DNA from: Elusimicrobiota bacterium
GTDB taxonomy: Bacteria; Elusimicrobiota; Endomicrobiia; Endomicrobiales; JBDRNC01
Reading direction: 5' to 3'
NCBI GenBank assembly: GCA_043811535.1
Contig: JBDRNC010000018.1
Span: 1 to 64,000, forward strand
DNA: 64,000 bases
The position numbers and the translations under genes were made by a program. Every line of letters begins with the position of its first letter. Position 1 is the stretch's first letter. This document shows positions 20,008 through 30,237 of this stretch, one piece after another. Under the pieces are notes generated by a model. That model was not told the DNA's origin. It made no database searches and saw nothing but the letters and a program-made list of their open reading frames with translations.

Positions 20008-23000
20008 CTATTTTATCACTGCCATCTTGAAGAATTTTTCGTTCTTTTTGTCGACGGCAAATCTCGCGACGTATACGCCCGATGCCACTTTCTTTCCTGC
20101 GTCGTTCTTGCCGTTCCACTCAGTGTAGAAGTGAGAACCGCCGGTCTTGACTCCGTCGTTTATTGTTCTGACAAGCTCGCCCGCGACATTATAAATCTTT
20201 ATTTCCACTTCTCCGCTGACTGTCGTGGGCAGCCCGTAATGGATCTGCGTTCCCGTAATGTTTGCTGTCTGGTTTGAAGCGTTGACAAGATTAACGGATT
20301 TCGTGTCCAGATTGAATGGGTTCGGGAAATTGTAGACGAAGACCGGCCCGTCATACGAATCACCCTTAATCACGGGCGCATCTGACTGAAGAAGCACGAA
20401 CGTTGACAGATGTTTCACCGTGATACTGACGACTTTTGTATCTTCGTCTATTTCCTTGTTCGTATTTTCCAACAGATATACGTTATTGTTTTCGTCGTAG
20501 TAGTATATGTTAAGCGTAGAGGGGTCAACGTCGGATGAATACTGGATGCTCAGCGTGGCATTGCCCTTCAAGGCGTGCGATATGCCGGCGGGGAGCATTA
20601 TGTCGTAGAACGAGCTGAAAGGATCTACGTTGGCCGCCTGAGCGAGCTTCATCGCTCTGTATACCCTGTCGGGGTATGCGCCGGCTTCTTTTGGTATCGC
20701 GAAACACGGCCCGCCTTTTTTCGACGGCGCGCTCTTCAGATCTTCAAGACTTTCCGCCCTTGAGAACGTCACATAGACCACGACCGTAGAAGAATTGACG
20801 TCAAATGCGCCGGGCCCGAACAGTACATTTGACGAGTCCCCGTCCAGCGTGATCTTTCCGCCGCGAAGGTTTGAAACCTTCACTCTGTTCTTCGCGCCGA
20901 TACCCGCGAGATACTGCAATGTCTCGTCTATCTCGAATTCAGATCCTGTTTTCGGGTTTACTGTCTTTGAATACCCGTGCAGCCTTATCGCGAAGAGTTT
21001 CTCGCCGGCCGGGGCAGTGTACGTACAGCTCATAGATTTTCTGTTAGGCGACATGTACAGGTTCGACAGAGCGCCGCCGCCCGTCGTGACCGTTAGAATT
21101 GACGATAATACATCATCAGCGGGGATTGATTTCCTCAAGGCACCTGTCAGGTCAAAAATGATAGCGAACGTGCTGACGGCGGTTTTCCTCGCGCGGCTGA
21201 ATACTGCTGGAGCCGTCGGCCTGAAGGTAAGGTTGAAATCCGTCTTCGTATAGGTAGAATACGGCACTGTAAACCCTATCACGGACTGGTTGTCCTTGAC
21301 GGCAACCATCAATTCTTCGTCCTCGCCCAGATACATCATGTTATATGAACTGAGCGGCTGGAAACCGCATATTTCATAGCCCGTGACCATTTTCTCGCCC
21401 GAAAGTTTGAGCGACCCGACAAGCATTTCGCTCAGGTCGTCCGTGGCCGCTAGTATTGATTTTATTTCGGATGTCGACGGGTACTGCGGTTTGCCGTCAA
21501 CAAGTCCGTCTTTGGCAAGCGATCCGGAAATTTTGGCGCCGCGTTTCAGTTTTATCGTGCCCGCGTTAACTTCGGACTCGCCGATATTGAGGACTTTTGA
21601 GTAAGAAGCGTAACCGCCGGAAAGGACGAACAGCCTGTAATAACCCGGCGAAAGCGCCTCTATCAGGAATGAGCCGTCCAGTTCGGTATCAACTACTATA
21701 TCGCCTATAGGGTTTGTCCTGGGCATCTGGTCTTCCGGCTGCAGATAAACCTTCGCCATCGGAAGATTCGTATCGTCCGGATTCTGGAGCAACCCGCCGT
21801 CTTCCGTAGTAATGGTGCCTTTAACCGACCCGTTGGCCTTCGTAAGAACGAAATCCACAGTTTTCGTTTCCGTCACCTTTATCATTGACTTGACTTTCTC
21901 TCCGTAATTCAAGCCGCCCGAACCGAAGAAGAAATATTCTCCGAATAGGCTCGTGTTGATCCTGGGGCAGGCGACGATATCGTAGTAAACAGTGTCCGGA
22001 TCTAACCCCACTATGCTGTATTTCCCGTTAATATCGGTGAATCCCCTGAGTTCCGATGTCCACTCGCTCATCATCGCCGGAACTGCTATCACCGGTATAT
22101 TGGCCAGGGGATTTCCGCTCTTGTCTCTCACTGTCCCTGTAATTGAGATGCCCTGCTTGATCTCTATGGTGCCCAAATCAACCGTCTGGCCGTTCTTTAT
22201 CTTTATGCCCGTGATGGTCTTCGCAGCGTAATTCGTCTGGTTGCCGGAATTATCACCGCCTCCTTCCCCACCCATAATCGGGGCATAAAAGCCGTACGAT
22301 GACTGCCCGAGCATTACATCATAGGACGCTTCCGGAAGGAATGACATCTCAAATGCGTTCTGGTTGGAACCGCCCATGGAATCGCCCCAGCCGCCCTCAA
22401 CCCACGGGTTGGCGATCGCGTTCACCATGTAAGAATTGGGCAGAGTTGAGTTCTTGTTCTGCGGCGTAATGACCATGCCTGAATTGGCGTCCTTGAGTTT
22501 TAGGATTATCTTCCCGCCCTTTCCCAATTGGATATTGCGCCCGCTCAGGTCGGACGATTCCACCTTTATATTGATGGAACTGTTGGCAAACTGCCTTTGA
22601 TAACCGCCTCCCCAGTCCTGCACGGCTACTATATAATCTCCGGGAGCCAGCCCTTTATAGCTGTATTCAGCGTAGTTGGCGTTGTTGAAAACCGCTTTCA
22701 TGCTTCCCACATAGTTTGTCCATGCATTACTGCCCATGTAGTTGTCTATTTTGAACTTGGTCGCCTTGAATATATACATCCACATATCGCGCTGCAGAAA
22801 TGTCCCGGCCGGCAACTTTACCTGCCCGCTTACCTTGTAACCCTTTGACACATCAAGATTTTCAGTCAGGCTGGAAGCCGTGACAATCACCCTTCTTTCA
22901 ACCCACGCGGTTTCACTGCCGTTTTCGTAATTGCTGTCTAACTCAAGCGCGGGAATCCTTATTATATAGACTCCCGGAACGACCCCTGATATTGTGTATG

Positions 23001-26000
23001 AGCCGTTGCTGTTTATAACGCCGGATTTCCCATAATAATCCCCCGTGGTGCGGAGCCCTACCTTGGAATATTCTACGGCAAAAACTCTGAATGTCGTTGT
23101 AGTCTGCATACCGTCCCAGAAAGTATTGTAGCCCGAGTTTGTGAGAGCATTGACGGTATCCACCAACATCGAAAAATTGTTGATTCCCTGAGGCGGATTT
23201 GACACGCTCAATGAAACAGTCCCTGAAATGCTGTATGAATTCACGTCCAGGTTCAGGTTAACTGATTTCGTCTCGCCGTTCGTGACCATCACATTTTTGT
23301 ATTTTTCCATTCCTGTCGGAGTATATACTGCTTTGATGCGGTACCCACCCGTGCCCAGTTTCGGCGTTGTCAGCACACCGTTACTAAAACTTCCGCCGTA
23401 AGAAGACGCATCCGCGGGCGACACTCCCATGTACCAGTCCGAACTCCAAAAATTGGTGCCTTCAAGATAGACCTTTACATTGGCGTAATCGTTTCCCGGA
23501 GCCGTTATATTCGCCTGTATGACTCCCGAGAATCTTTTCAGTTTCAGATTAAGAGTCCCGCTCCCTCCCGACACGGTGGCCGCGACGCCGTTCCAGCCGA
23601 CGGCCCCTTCCAGCTCGAAGCCGTACATCCAGGTATTGACCCAGTACGTGCCGTTGTCGAGCCCTTTCATGGAGAAACCCGCCGAAGCCGAAGAAGCATT
23701 TTTGGAAACATTGGTGTTTGCCCACCCGTACGAGTAGGCGTCAGGTGACCACGCATTGATATAAAGCTGGTAAGGATCGGTCAGTCCGAGACCCGATTCT
23801 GTCGTATCGCCTACTACGGTTATGGTTCCGGTCAGCGTCCCGCCTTCCAAAAGATTTATCGGGTCCGCAAACTCGACTGAACTGGCTATAGTTTTCGCCG
23901 TAGTGCCCTTAGCATAGCCCGGCGCCCAGGCGGTCATGACGTAAGCGCCGGCGTCCAAACCGTAGACAGTATACGTGCTCATCGTCAGGCCGGGCTCTAT
24001 CATGCACCATCCATAGCCGCTGCTCCCGCTGTGGCCTGAAGGCGCGGCCTGGACCGATACATAAATAGTATCCTGCGAGGCCACAGGGATGGTGACGTTG
24101 CCGTAGAGCGTCTTTTTCAGCTGGAAATACATGTCGCCAATGACTTTTGTCTGGCCCGCCGCCGCTACCACCGACGTTGATATTGAGGTGTACCCGTCAA
24201 GAGACGCGGAAATATCATAGGTCCCGGGGTCAACCTGCACTATGGTCCACCTTCCGCCGTCAGATGGATTATCAGTTGAATTTTCTATCAGGTATTTGGG
24301 ATTCTCGTCTAAAGTGTACATGTCATTGTCCGAAGTTGACACATCCACGGCGAAATGCATGGAGCCCTGGTAATACTTTGTATAATCGGAGTCATGGATG
24401 CTTGCCCATACCCATTGCTCGGGCGCCATAACGTTCTGGTCGGAACTCAGTTCCCTGCGCGCGTTGAATTTCAGGTACGCGAGCGCCGCGAGTTGGACGT
24501 TGCTCTGCGCGCCCGGCTGCATGGTGACGCTTTGCGGCGAGTAACCGTACTTGTTGAAATTCACCAAATAGGTTCCGGCCACGAGACCGGACAACCTGTA
24601 ATTACCCGTGGAATCTGACTGGGAATACGACGACATGGCGCCGTAAGCACTTATATAAACACCAGAAATCGGCGCGCCAGTGGTATCCGTAACGCGACCG
24701 AATATCTCCTGGCTGTCCAGCGTTATCGTCACGGAATCGTCGGTAATACCGTTGCCGCTGCCTAATTGTATGCGGACATAATAGGTCCCGGCAGGGGCCT
24801 TTTCATATCTGTACGTATACAATTCCGGGTCGTAATAATCAATGTATCCGTTCCATGACACTTGTCCCTGGTAAGGCATTCCCCAGCCCCAGTAGGTCCA
24901 GATGTTGCTACTACGGTCGGGCGAGGTTGATATATAAACCTGCCAGCCTGTGTAAGTGTCGGTCAGGTTGAAATCTATGAACGCCTGGTCGTTCGAGCCT
25001 ATCGTGAGCGCTTTCATGTAGGCGTAATCGCCCTTGTGCGCCCTCGCGTTGGTTATGCCGCCGTTGATAACCGTGGGCCACGCGGTTTCCATCCGGTCAA
25101 ACCCGCCCAAAGTGTATGTCACCTGTATGACGGAATACGGAGACGCGGAGGTCTTGTACTTGAATCCTATCCTGTCAGAGCCCGGATTAATAATAAGCGA
25201 AGTGACCTCGGCGCCCGCCGTGCTGTAAAAAACTGCGCTCGGGTCCAATTCGTATTCATTCCCTATATAAGAAGTCAGCCTGCCGAAGAAATAGACGGTT
25301 ATAGGCGCGGTTGCGCTGGTAATATTCCAGTTGTAATCGCGAACCGTCAGGTATATAGGATTTGACGCGACGTCTTTCTGGACTGTTATTCCCGGGTCCT
25401 GGAATGTCACGCTGTCGGGCGGGCCGGCCGTTACCTCCACAAACATTGAAGCCATGTTTGAGGCCGGTGACCAGTTGCCCTGGTCGTCTTTGTACCATAC
25501 CTTGAAATAATAGAATTTGCCGGCCATCAGCCACAACATTTCATAGGAATCAGTGGTGCTGGGCGCAAGCGTATCGGTTGAAAAAGCCATCGTGAATGGG
25601 CTTGAAATACTGAAATTGTTCGTAGCCGTTGAATACTGTATCGCATACTGTGAGCCGGCCGGAAGCGCCCCGGCCCAGCCGTCGTCGCCGGGCGTAGACC
25701 AGACGAGCTTCACCCCGCCCATACCGGCGCCCATCCCCGGAATGGAATAGGCGGTAAGATTCGTAACCTGGGCCGGAGCGGTGATATCGGCGTAGAAATC
25801 GTTAGAAGATCTATCGTATCTGAGCACGCGTATGTTATAGGTACCGACCCCGTCCATAGTCTTGCCCGCGACATAAATATACGTGCTGGTGCCTTCTGCG
25901 ACCGCGAACGCGGTATCCATGCTGTAACCCGCGGTGTACTCCTTAGCCGCGAGCTTCTGCAAATTTGAGGAATACCTGACTGTCTCCCATTTCCCTATAT

Positions 26001-27030
26001 TTCCGACCCCGGTCGCGTACACATCCCCGTTTTTAGCAACAATTACGCTGCGCGCCCGGTCGCTCTGCCCGCTTATGTCAAAAACGTTTGTGGACAACAC
26101 TACGGTAAGCCCCGGATTGTATTTCATAAGCTGGTACCCGTCGTTATATGTGCCCGGGTCAACCCATCCTGCCGTGTATATATTGTCGCTTGTGTCAACC
26201 GCCACGCCGTATCCGGCGTCCTCAAGGATTGGATCTCCGTAATCCGCTCCAAGCAGAACGGACAGGTCGGAACTATACCGCAGAGTCAGCTTATTGAAAG
26301 AAGATTCGCCGTCAAAAGATTCGCCGGTTATGATTATTTCATTGCTGGATTTGACCGCTATGCCGCAGCCCTTAGTATTTTCACTGCCACCGTCGATCTG
26401 GTTGTAATCGAACGCGGTGGAAGAAATAAAGACAAGGTTTGAGTCGAATTTCGCGGTTAAAATATCGTAATTACCCAGACCTTGATCAGCTGAACCTGTC
26501 ACTATTACATCGCCGGCATTATCGATGACCAGGCCGTAAAGCATATTCTCATACGGGTAGCTACCATCCATAAAAGTGGTTGAGGTTATCGCAACAAGAT
26601 TCGAGTTGTATTTAACTATAAAATAATCCATGTACGAATCGCTTTGCTGCGAGCTGCCGCCGGCAAAGATATTCCCAGATTTATCCACCTTTACGGCATA
26701 AAAACAGTCCTTCCCGTCATCACCCAAATCATTATAGTAAGGATTTGAATAAGTAGCCGAAGCAAGCAGTATCCCGTCCTTGTCATACTTCAGTATGATA
26801 GATTCGTAGAATTCTCCGCCCGTCATGCTTGAGCCGCCGACCACATAGACATACGGCCCGCCTGCCGAGAACGTGTCAACCGCGACATCATACGCCCATT
26901 CGTCTCCGCCGGTGTCAAAATACGCCCCGTCCGTTGACGCGAAATTCCCGCCGGCGCCTGCGTAAGCGCGCAACGGCAAAAAAACCAGCGCCGCGAGCGC
27001 CCATAAGATAATTAATTTTTGTTTAAGCAT
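20008..27030 (-). CDS. Giant secreted multidomain protein (about 2340 aa): beta-propeller-like repeats, FN3-like domain, many carboxypeptidase-regulatory-like Ig domains, ZU5/GAIN-like HLS domain, T9SS type A/FlgD-Ig-like CTD
   Basis: Signal peptide; VAVD..GNI..G repeats; DITAPAQVTNL..WSTPGDDG; repeated G.I.G.V...G.Y.I motifs; VKHLSTF; VYNFPNPFN...IYNVAGELVRT...WNGKN..SGVY...KMAVIK. Confidence 0.85.
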   Translation of the reverse strand: MLKQKLIILWALAALVFLPLRAYAGAGGNFASTDGAYFDTGGDEWAYDVAVDTFSAGGPYVYVVGGSSMTGGEFYESIILKYDKDGILLASATYSNPYYNDLGDDGKDCFYAVKVDKSGNIFAGGSSQQSDSYMDYFIVKYNSNLVAITSTTFMDGSYPYENMLYGLVIDNAGDVIVTGSADQGLGNYDILTAKFDSNLVFISSTAFDYNQIDGGSENTKGCGIAVKSSNEIIITGESFDGESSFNKLTLRYSSDLSVLLGADYGDPILEDAGYGVAVDTSDNIYTAGWVDPGTYNDGYQLMKYNPGLTVVLSTNVFDISGQSDRARSVIVAKNGDVYATGVGNIGKWETVRYSSNLQKLAAKEYTAGYSMDTAFAVAEGTSTYIYVAGKTMDGVGTYNIRVLRYDRSSNDFYADITAPAQVTNLTAYSIPGMGAGMGGVKLVWSTPGDDGWAGALPAGSQYAIQYSTATNNFSISSPFTMAFSTDTLAPSTTDSYEMLWLMAGKFYYFKVWYKDDQGNWSPASNMASMFVEVTAGPPDSVTFQDPGITVQKDVASNPIYLTVRDYNWNITSATAPITVYFFGRLTSYIGNEYELDPSAVFYSTAGAEVTSLIINPGSDRIGFKYKTSASPYSVIQVTYTLGGFDRMETAWPTVINGGITNARAHKGDYAYMKALTIGSNDQAFIDFNLTDTYTGWQVYISTSPDRSSNIWTYWGWGMPYQGQVSWNGYIDYYDPELYTYRYEKAPAGTYYVRIQLGSGNGITDDSVTITLDSQEIFGRVTDTTGAPISGVYISAYGAMSSYSQSDSTGNYRLSGLVAGTYLVNFNKYGYSPQSVTMQPGAQSNVQLAALAYLKFNARRELSSDQNVMAPEQWVWASIHDSDYTKYYQGSMHFAVDVSTSDNDMYTLDENPKYLIENSTDNPSDGGRWTIVQVDPGTYDISASLDGYTSISTSVVAAAGQTKVIGDMYFQLKKTLYGNVTIPVASQDTIYVSVQAAPSGHSGSSGYGWCMIEPGLTMSTYTVYGLDAGAYVMTAWAPGYAKGTTAKTIASSVEFADPINLLEGGTLTGTITVVGDTTESGLGLTDPYQLYINAWSPDAYSYGWANTNVSKNASSASAGFSMKGLDNGTYWVNTWMYGFELEGAVGWNGVAATVSGGSGTLNLKLKRFSGVIQANITAPGNDYANVKVYLEGTNFWSSDWYMGVSPADASSYGGSFSNGVLTTPKLGTGGYRIKAVYTPTGMEKYKNVMVTNGETKSVNLNLDVNSYSISGTVSLSVSNPPQGINNFSMLVDTVNALTNSGYNTFWDGMQTTTTFRVFAVEYSKVGLRTTGDYYGKSGVINSNGSYTISGVVPGVYIIRIPALELDSNYENGSETAWVERRVIVTASSLTENLDVSKGYKVSGQVKLPAGTFLQRDMWMYIFKATKFKIDNYMGSNAWTNYVGSMKAVFNNANYAEYSYKGLAPGDYIVAVQDWGGGYQRQFANSSINIKVESSDLSGRNIQLGKGGKIILKLKDANSGMVITPQNKNSTLPNSYMVNAIANPWVEGGWGDSMGGSNQNAFEMSFLPEASYDVMLGQSSYGFYAPIMGGEGGGDNSGNQTNYAAKTITGIKIKNGQTVDLGTIEIKQGISITGTVRDKSGNPLANIPVIAVPAMMSEWTSELRGFTDINGKYSIVGLDPDTVYYDIVACPRINTSLFGEYFFFGSGGLNYGEKVKSMIKVTETKTVDFVLTKANGSVKGTITTEDGGLLQNPDDTNLPMAKVYLQPEDQMPRTNPIGDIVVDTELDGSFLIEALSPGYYRLFVLSGGYASYSKVLNIGESEVNAGTIKLKRGAKISGSLAKDGLVDGKPQYPSTSEIKSILAATDDLSEMLVGSLKLSGEKMVTGYEICGFQPLSSYNMMYLGEDEELMVAVKDNQSVIGFTVPYSTYTKTDFNLTFRPTAPAVFSRARKTAVSTFAIIFDLTGALRKSIPADDVLSSILTVTTGGGALSNLYMSPNRKSMSCTYTAPAGEKLFAIRLHGYSKTVNPKTGSEFEIDETLQYLAGIGAKNRVKVSNLRGGKITLDGDSSNVLFGPGAFDVNSSTVVVYVTFSRAESLEDLKSAPSKKGGPCFAIPKEAGAYPDRVYRAMKLAQAANVDPFSSFYDIMLPAGISHALKGNATLSIQYSSDVDPSTLNIYYYDENNNVYLLENTNKEIDEDTKVVSITVKHLSTFVLLQSDAPVIKGDSYDGPVFVYNFPNPFNLDTKSVNLVNASNQTANITGTQIHYGLPTTVSGEVEIKIYNVAGELVRTINDGVKTGGSHFYTEWNGKNDAGKKVASGVYVARFAVDKKNEKFFKMAVIK

Positions 27031-27138
27031 AAATCCTCCCCCGATAGGGTCGGGGCCCGCCAACGTTTCAATGGCGGGCGTATTTTTTATTAATTAACAA
27101 TTATCAATAAGCAATAAACAATTTAAGCCGTATATAAT

Positions 27139-27202
27139 ATCTGTGTAATCTTTGTTTCTAATCTGTGAAATCTGTGTAATCGTTTTTATAATCAGTGTAA
27201 TC
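27139..27202. repeat. Four copies of the 12-mer ATCWGTGWAATC
   Basis: Copies at 27139, 27161, 27170 and 27191; same motif as the 50889-51025 array. Confidence 0.8.
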
Positions 27203-27209
27203 TTCGTTC

Positions 27210-28433
27210 TTAGAACTCCAGGTTAAATCCCATTAAATAATTCGACGAAATATAATTATATGAGTAAGATTTTTCGTATTTCATATTTGACTTTGAATCT
27301 ATGTAGTTGTAAAGCATGCGGAGCTTAATGTTCCTGACTACGGGGTAGACCACGCCGATGCCGTAGATGTTCTCGTCAACATAGATCTTTTCAGCGGCGT
27401 AATTCCCGTCGGTATCCTGCACGAGGCGTTCCTTGTAAACCTGCCTGCCGGAACTTCCGCTTAAAGTGACTGCCCACGGTTTTGAACCCAGTATGAAATT
27501 CAGCGCTGGAGTTACGGCGGTATATGTATAGTCGTAATAATCCGCCGTATATTTTGTCTTCCTCGCGTCATAATGCGCCTGCGTTGAATCGTTAGCTGCC
27601 GACTGGTAATCAACCACCGGGATAAACACAACGCCCTGCATTATCCTGAAAGAAGACGTTACGTTCAGACCCATCGTTGTATAGGCGTCCTTCCTTTTGT
27701 CCGTTGAAAGACTGCTGTCGGACAACACGAGCGGCTGTTCCGGATAGTTCTTCGCGGTGCTGCCGTAAATTACGCCGGCTTTCAGAAAATTAAAATTCCC
27801 CCTCAGGTCAAGCAAGATCATCAGGTTGTCGCTGTTAAGAGTGTTCTTCCCCGCGAGTTCCCTGCCCAGGTCCGTTGTCTGCTGTGATTCCAGCGACTGG
27901 TAATTCGGGAACGCCAGAGAATACTGGTCTATCCCGAGACGCGCTGAATATTTTTTCTGGTAAGTGTACTCGCCTTCAACTCCGATATTCAGCTTGTTAT
28001 AGTCAAACAGACCCTTGCCCCACATCTCATCCTTCGTTTCGCGCAGGAGCTCCATCCTGTAGCTGGTCCCGAGTTTCAATTTAAGCTCCGGCTTCAGCAA
28101 GTAAACGCCTTTGACAGAAACAAAATGGTTCTGCCCGTCCTGGAAAAGCGTCCCTCCGCCGGCAAGGTCGCTGACTTCCTTCGTCCCTCTGTAAGAGCCG
28201 AGATACGTGTTGACGAGCGTGAACTTGTCGCTGAATTTCACGGCGGGCACGAAAGTGAACGACATGTTGCCCGATAAAGAGCTCGGGTTGGTGTTGAAGA
28301 AATACTGCCCGCCTAGGATGCGGAAATCACCCATGGGAATCAGCTCCGCTGATTCAGATGGAAGAAGGAAGATGGAAGATGGAAGCAAAAGCAAGGCTAA
28401 CAATAGATTTTTAATAATTTTCAATTTTTTCAC
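27210..28433 (-). CDS. Putative outer-membrane beta-barrel protein of unknown function
   Basis: GTG start after GGAGG, signal peptide, Tyr-rich alternating beta pattern, C-terminal YLMGFNLEF. Confidence 0.75.
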   Translation of the reverse strand: MKKLKIIKNLLLALLLLPSSIFLLPSESAELIPMGDFRILGGQYFFNTNPSSLSGNMSFTFVPAVKFSDKFTLVNTYLGSYRGTKEVSDLAGGGTLFQDGQNHFVSVKGVYLLKPELKLKLGTSYRMELLRETKDEMWGKGLFDYNKLNIGVEGEYTYQKKYSARLGIDQYSLAFPNYQSLESQQTTDLGRELAGKNTLNSDNLMILLDLRGNFNFLKAGVIYGSTAKNYPEQPLVLSDSSLSTDKRKDAYTTMGLNVTSSFRIMQGVVFIPVVDYQSAANDSTQAHYDARKTKYTADYYDYTYTAVTPALNFILGSKPWAVTLSGSSGRQVYKERLVQDTDGNYAAEKIYVDENIYGIGVVYPVVRNIKLRMLYNYIDSKSNMKYEKSYSYNYISSNYLMGFNLEF

Positions 28434-28496
28434 AACATTTCCTCCAAAACAATATTTAATAAGGTTTTCTTCCGTCTTCATTCTTCAGTCTTCCGT
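28358..28496. repeat. Period-7 inverted repeat (ATGGAAG / CTTCCRT family) spanning RBS and start codon
   Basis: 4x7 arm at 28358-28385 (in the signal peptide) and 4x7 arm at 28469-28496 (after the upstream TAG). Confidence 0.9.
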
Positions 28497-30056
28497 CTAT
28501 TTAATAAGGCCCGATTTTATCAGTATCTTCGGTTCCACGCAGAGGTCAATCTTGCGGCCGCCGAACTCGCTCGCGGTTATGACCTGCTCGTAATTCCACT
28601 TGAGAAGTTCCGCTTTATAATCCGCACCCGTCGTTATGTTGTTGAAATCTGATTTTGAAGCGGTTTGCCCCTCGTCGTTAATGATGTAATTGTCCCATTT
28701 TTCCCACGTGCCGTCGCCGTAATACACATTGATGCGCTGATTCATCACATTCGTCCCGCTGGGCCATTCCGTTCCGGTCCACATAACCTGCCCCGCGTAG
28801 GTGTACTTCAAATCAAGCGCCGATTGAATATTGGTTATGCCCGATTTCGGCTCCCACGATATTTTTTCGTTACTATTTATTTTGTACGTGTAGTTATTGA
28901 ACAGCGGCTGGTAGAACACCCTGCCTGTGTCCACCGTTTCGAACGTATCCGTGTCGGCGTTATAGTAGCTTGTCACGTCGTCGTCGGTGGGAGTGTTATT
29001 GTTGACGTCTACCAGATGCCCTCCGGATGCCTGTTCTTCTATCTTGTCCAGCGTGTTGGATCGCCCGGTCTCGTAGGCGAGCAGGTAATACTCCGGCGCA
29101 GTGTCTATTTTGCCGTTCAAATCCCTCAACGCCACGCTGAGGTCCGAAGGCAGCGTCTGGTTGAACTGACCCTTATAATAAAAATAGTCAAACCGGCTCT
29201 CTCTTTCGTTCAAGACAACGAACTTGAACGTATCGGCCGCCGGCCTCATGATATATTCCTCTATCCTGACTCTTTGCCCGAACACGTCTATCATTGTCTT
29301 GCCTTCCTGGTACTCGGCAAGCTTCATCTCCTGCGCGGCGTTGGCCTGTACCTGGTCCTTGGACATATCCAGCCCGACTTCATACCGGACATCCTGCTGT
29401 ATATTGCCCAGTTCGCTCTTCATAGAGCGGTCAAGCGGAGTATCCAGGTCCACGCCCAGTCTCTCGCCGGCTCCGACCGGTATTTCTTCGCCGGTGCCGT
29501 CTTCCCTGCGGACGCCGAGAAGCCCTTCAAAGACCTCTATGTCCGTCTTGCCGTTTTCGTCCACAGTGACCTCAAATTCGGTGCCGCGGACCGAACATAT
29601 CGCAACGGGCGTGTGCACTTCGAATTTCGAACGCGCCGTGTTCTTTGAAACCCACGCCCTGATCCTTCCTACGATGACTTTTATCGTCGGAGTGTCCTTT
29701 TTCAGGTTCCTGAAATCAATTCTTGAGTTGGGAAGCACTGTTATATTGGAACCGTCGGACAATTCAACTTTCGCCCTTGAACGCGGCATGGTTTTGAGCG
29801 AGTCCTCCGTCCTGACGACCTCGCCGGCCTTAATCGTTTTCCATTCAATTTTCCTGGTTTCTTTCACTTCCGCCGTGCCGGAAACCATTGAAACTTTTGC
29901 CTCTCCGAAAGAAATATTATCCGCTGAATCGGCGGCGGCAACAGTCTTTGCGGGAACCTTCGCGGGCGAAGCGGGGCTTTTCGGCGCGCAAAAAGAAAAC
30001 CGCGGCGCCAGCAGCGCCCCGGCCGCAAGACACGCAATAATCAGGATTTTTTTCAT
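28497..30056 (-). CDS. Exported FecR-domain protein with long uncharacterised C-terminal region
   Basis: Signal peptide MKKILII; FecR pattern LKT..SRAKVELSDGS...FEVHTPVAICSVRGTEFEV...EVFEGLLGV. Confidence 0.8.
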   Translation of the reverse strand: MKKILIIACLAAGALLAPRFSFCAPKSPASPAKVPAKTVAAADSADNISFGEAKVSMVSGTAEVKETRKIEWKTIKAGEVVRTEDSLKTMPRSRAKVELSDGSNITVLPNSRIDFRNLKKDTPTIKVIVGRIRAWVSKNTARSKFEVHTPVAICSVRGTEFEVTVDENGKTDIEVFEGLLGVRREDGTGEEIPVGAGERLGVDLDTPLDRSMKSELGNIQQDVRYEVGLDMSKDQVQANAAQEMKLAEYQEGKTMIDVFGQRVRIEEYIMRPAADTFKFVVLNERESRFDYFYYKGQFNQTLPSDLSVALRDLNGKIDTAPEYYLLAYETGRSNTLDKIEEQASGGHLVDVNNNTPTDDDVTSYYNADTDTFETVDTGRVFYQPLFNNYTYKINSNEKISWEPKSGITNIQSALDLKYTYAGQVMWTGTEWPSGTNVMNQRINVYYGDGTWEKWDNYIINDEGQTASKSDFNNITTGADYKAELLKWNYEQVITASEFGGRKIDLCVEPKILIKSGLIK

Positions 30057-30083
30057 TTTTTTCTCCAAAATCAATGATTTCTT

Positions 30084-30111
30084 GTAGACCGGCACTTAAG
30101 TGCCGGTCTAC
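30084..30111. repeat. REP-like perfect 28-bp palindrome (type B)
   Basis: GTAGACCGGCACTTAAGTGCCGGTCTAC; identical at 34998-35025, one mismatch at 37493-37520. Confidence 0.9.
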
Positions 30112-30139
30112 CGCTCATTTTCATGAGTTAGCTACTATA

Positions 30140-30168
30140 AGTATATCCCCTTCCCCCCATGTTGTCAA
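30140..30168 (-). promoter_or_regulatory. Sigma70-type promoter of the FecR-barrel-giant protein-PorV operon
   Basis: Minus strand TTGACA-17 bp-TATACT. Confidence 0.75.
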
Positions 30169-30237
30169 ACAACATCCATATATAATATTAGAGCATTTCC
30201 CTTTTTGTGACGAAGACCGTAACACATGTGATTTTAG

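Noticed and set aside
28665..30087. Long plus-strand ORFs (327 and 287 aa), and similar ones such as 53449..54285 and 331..1008
   Set aside because: Antisense shadows of well-supported genes, with no motifs.
30057..30095. ORF-track N-terminal extensions (also panB, dapA, 19985, 27063, 28481)
   Set aside because: They run through RBS or repeat sequence; downstream starts have proper SD spacing and signal peptides or family N-termini.
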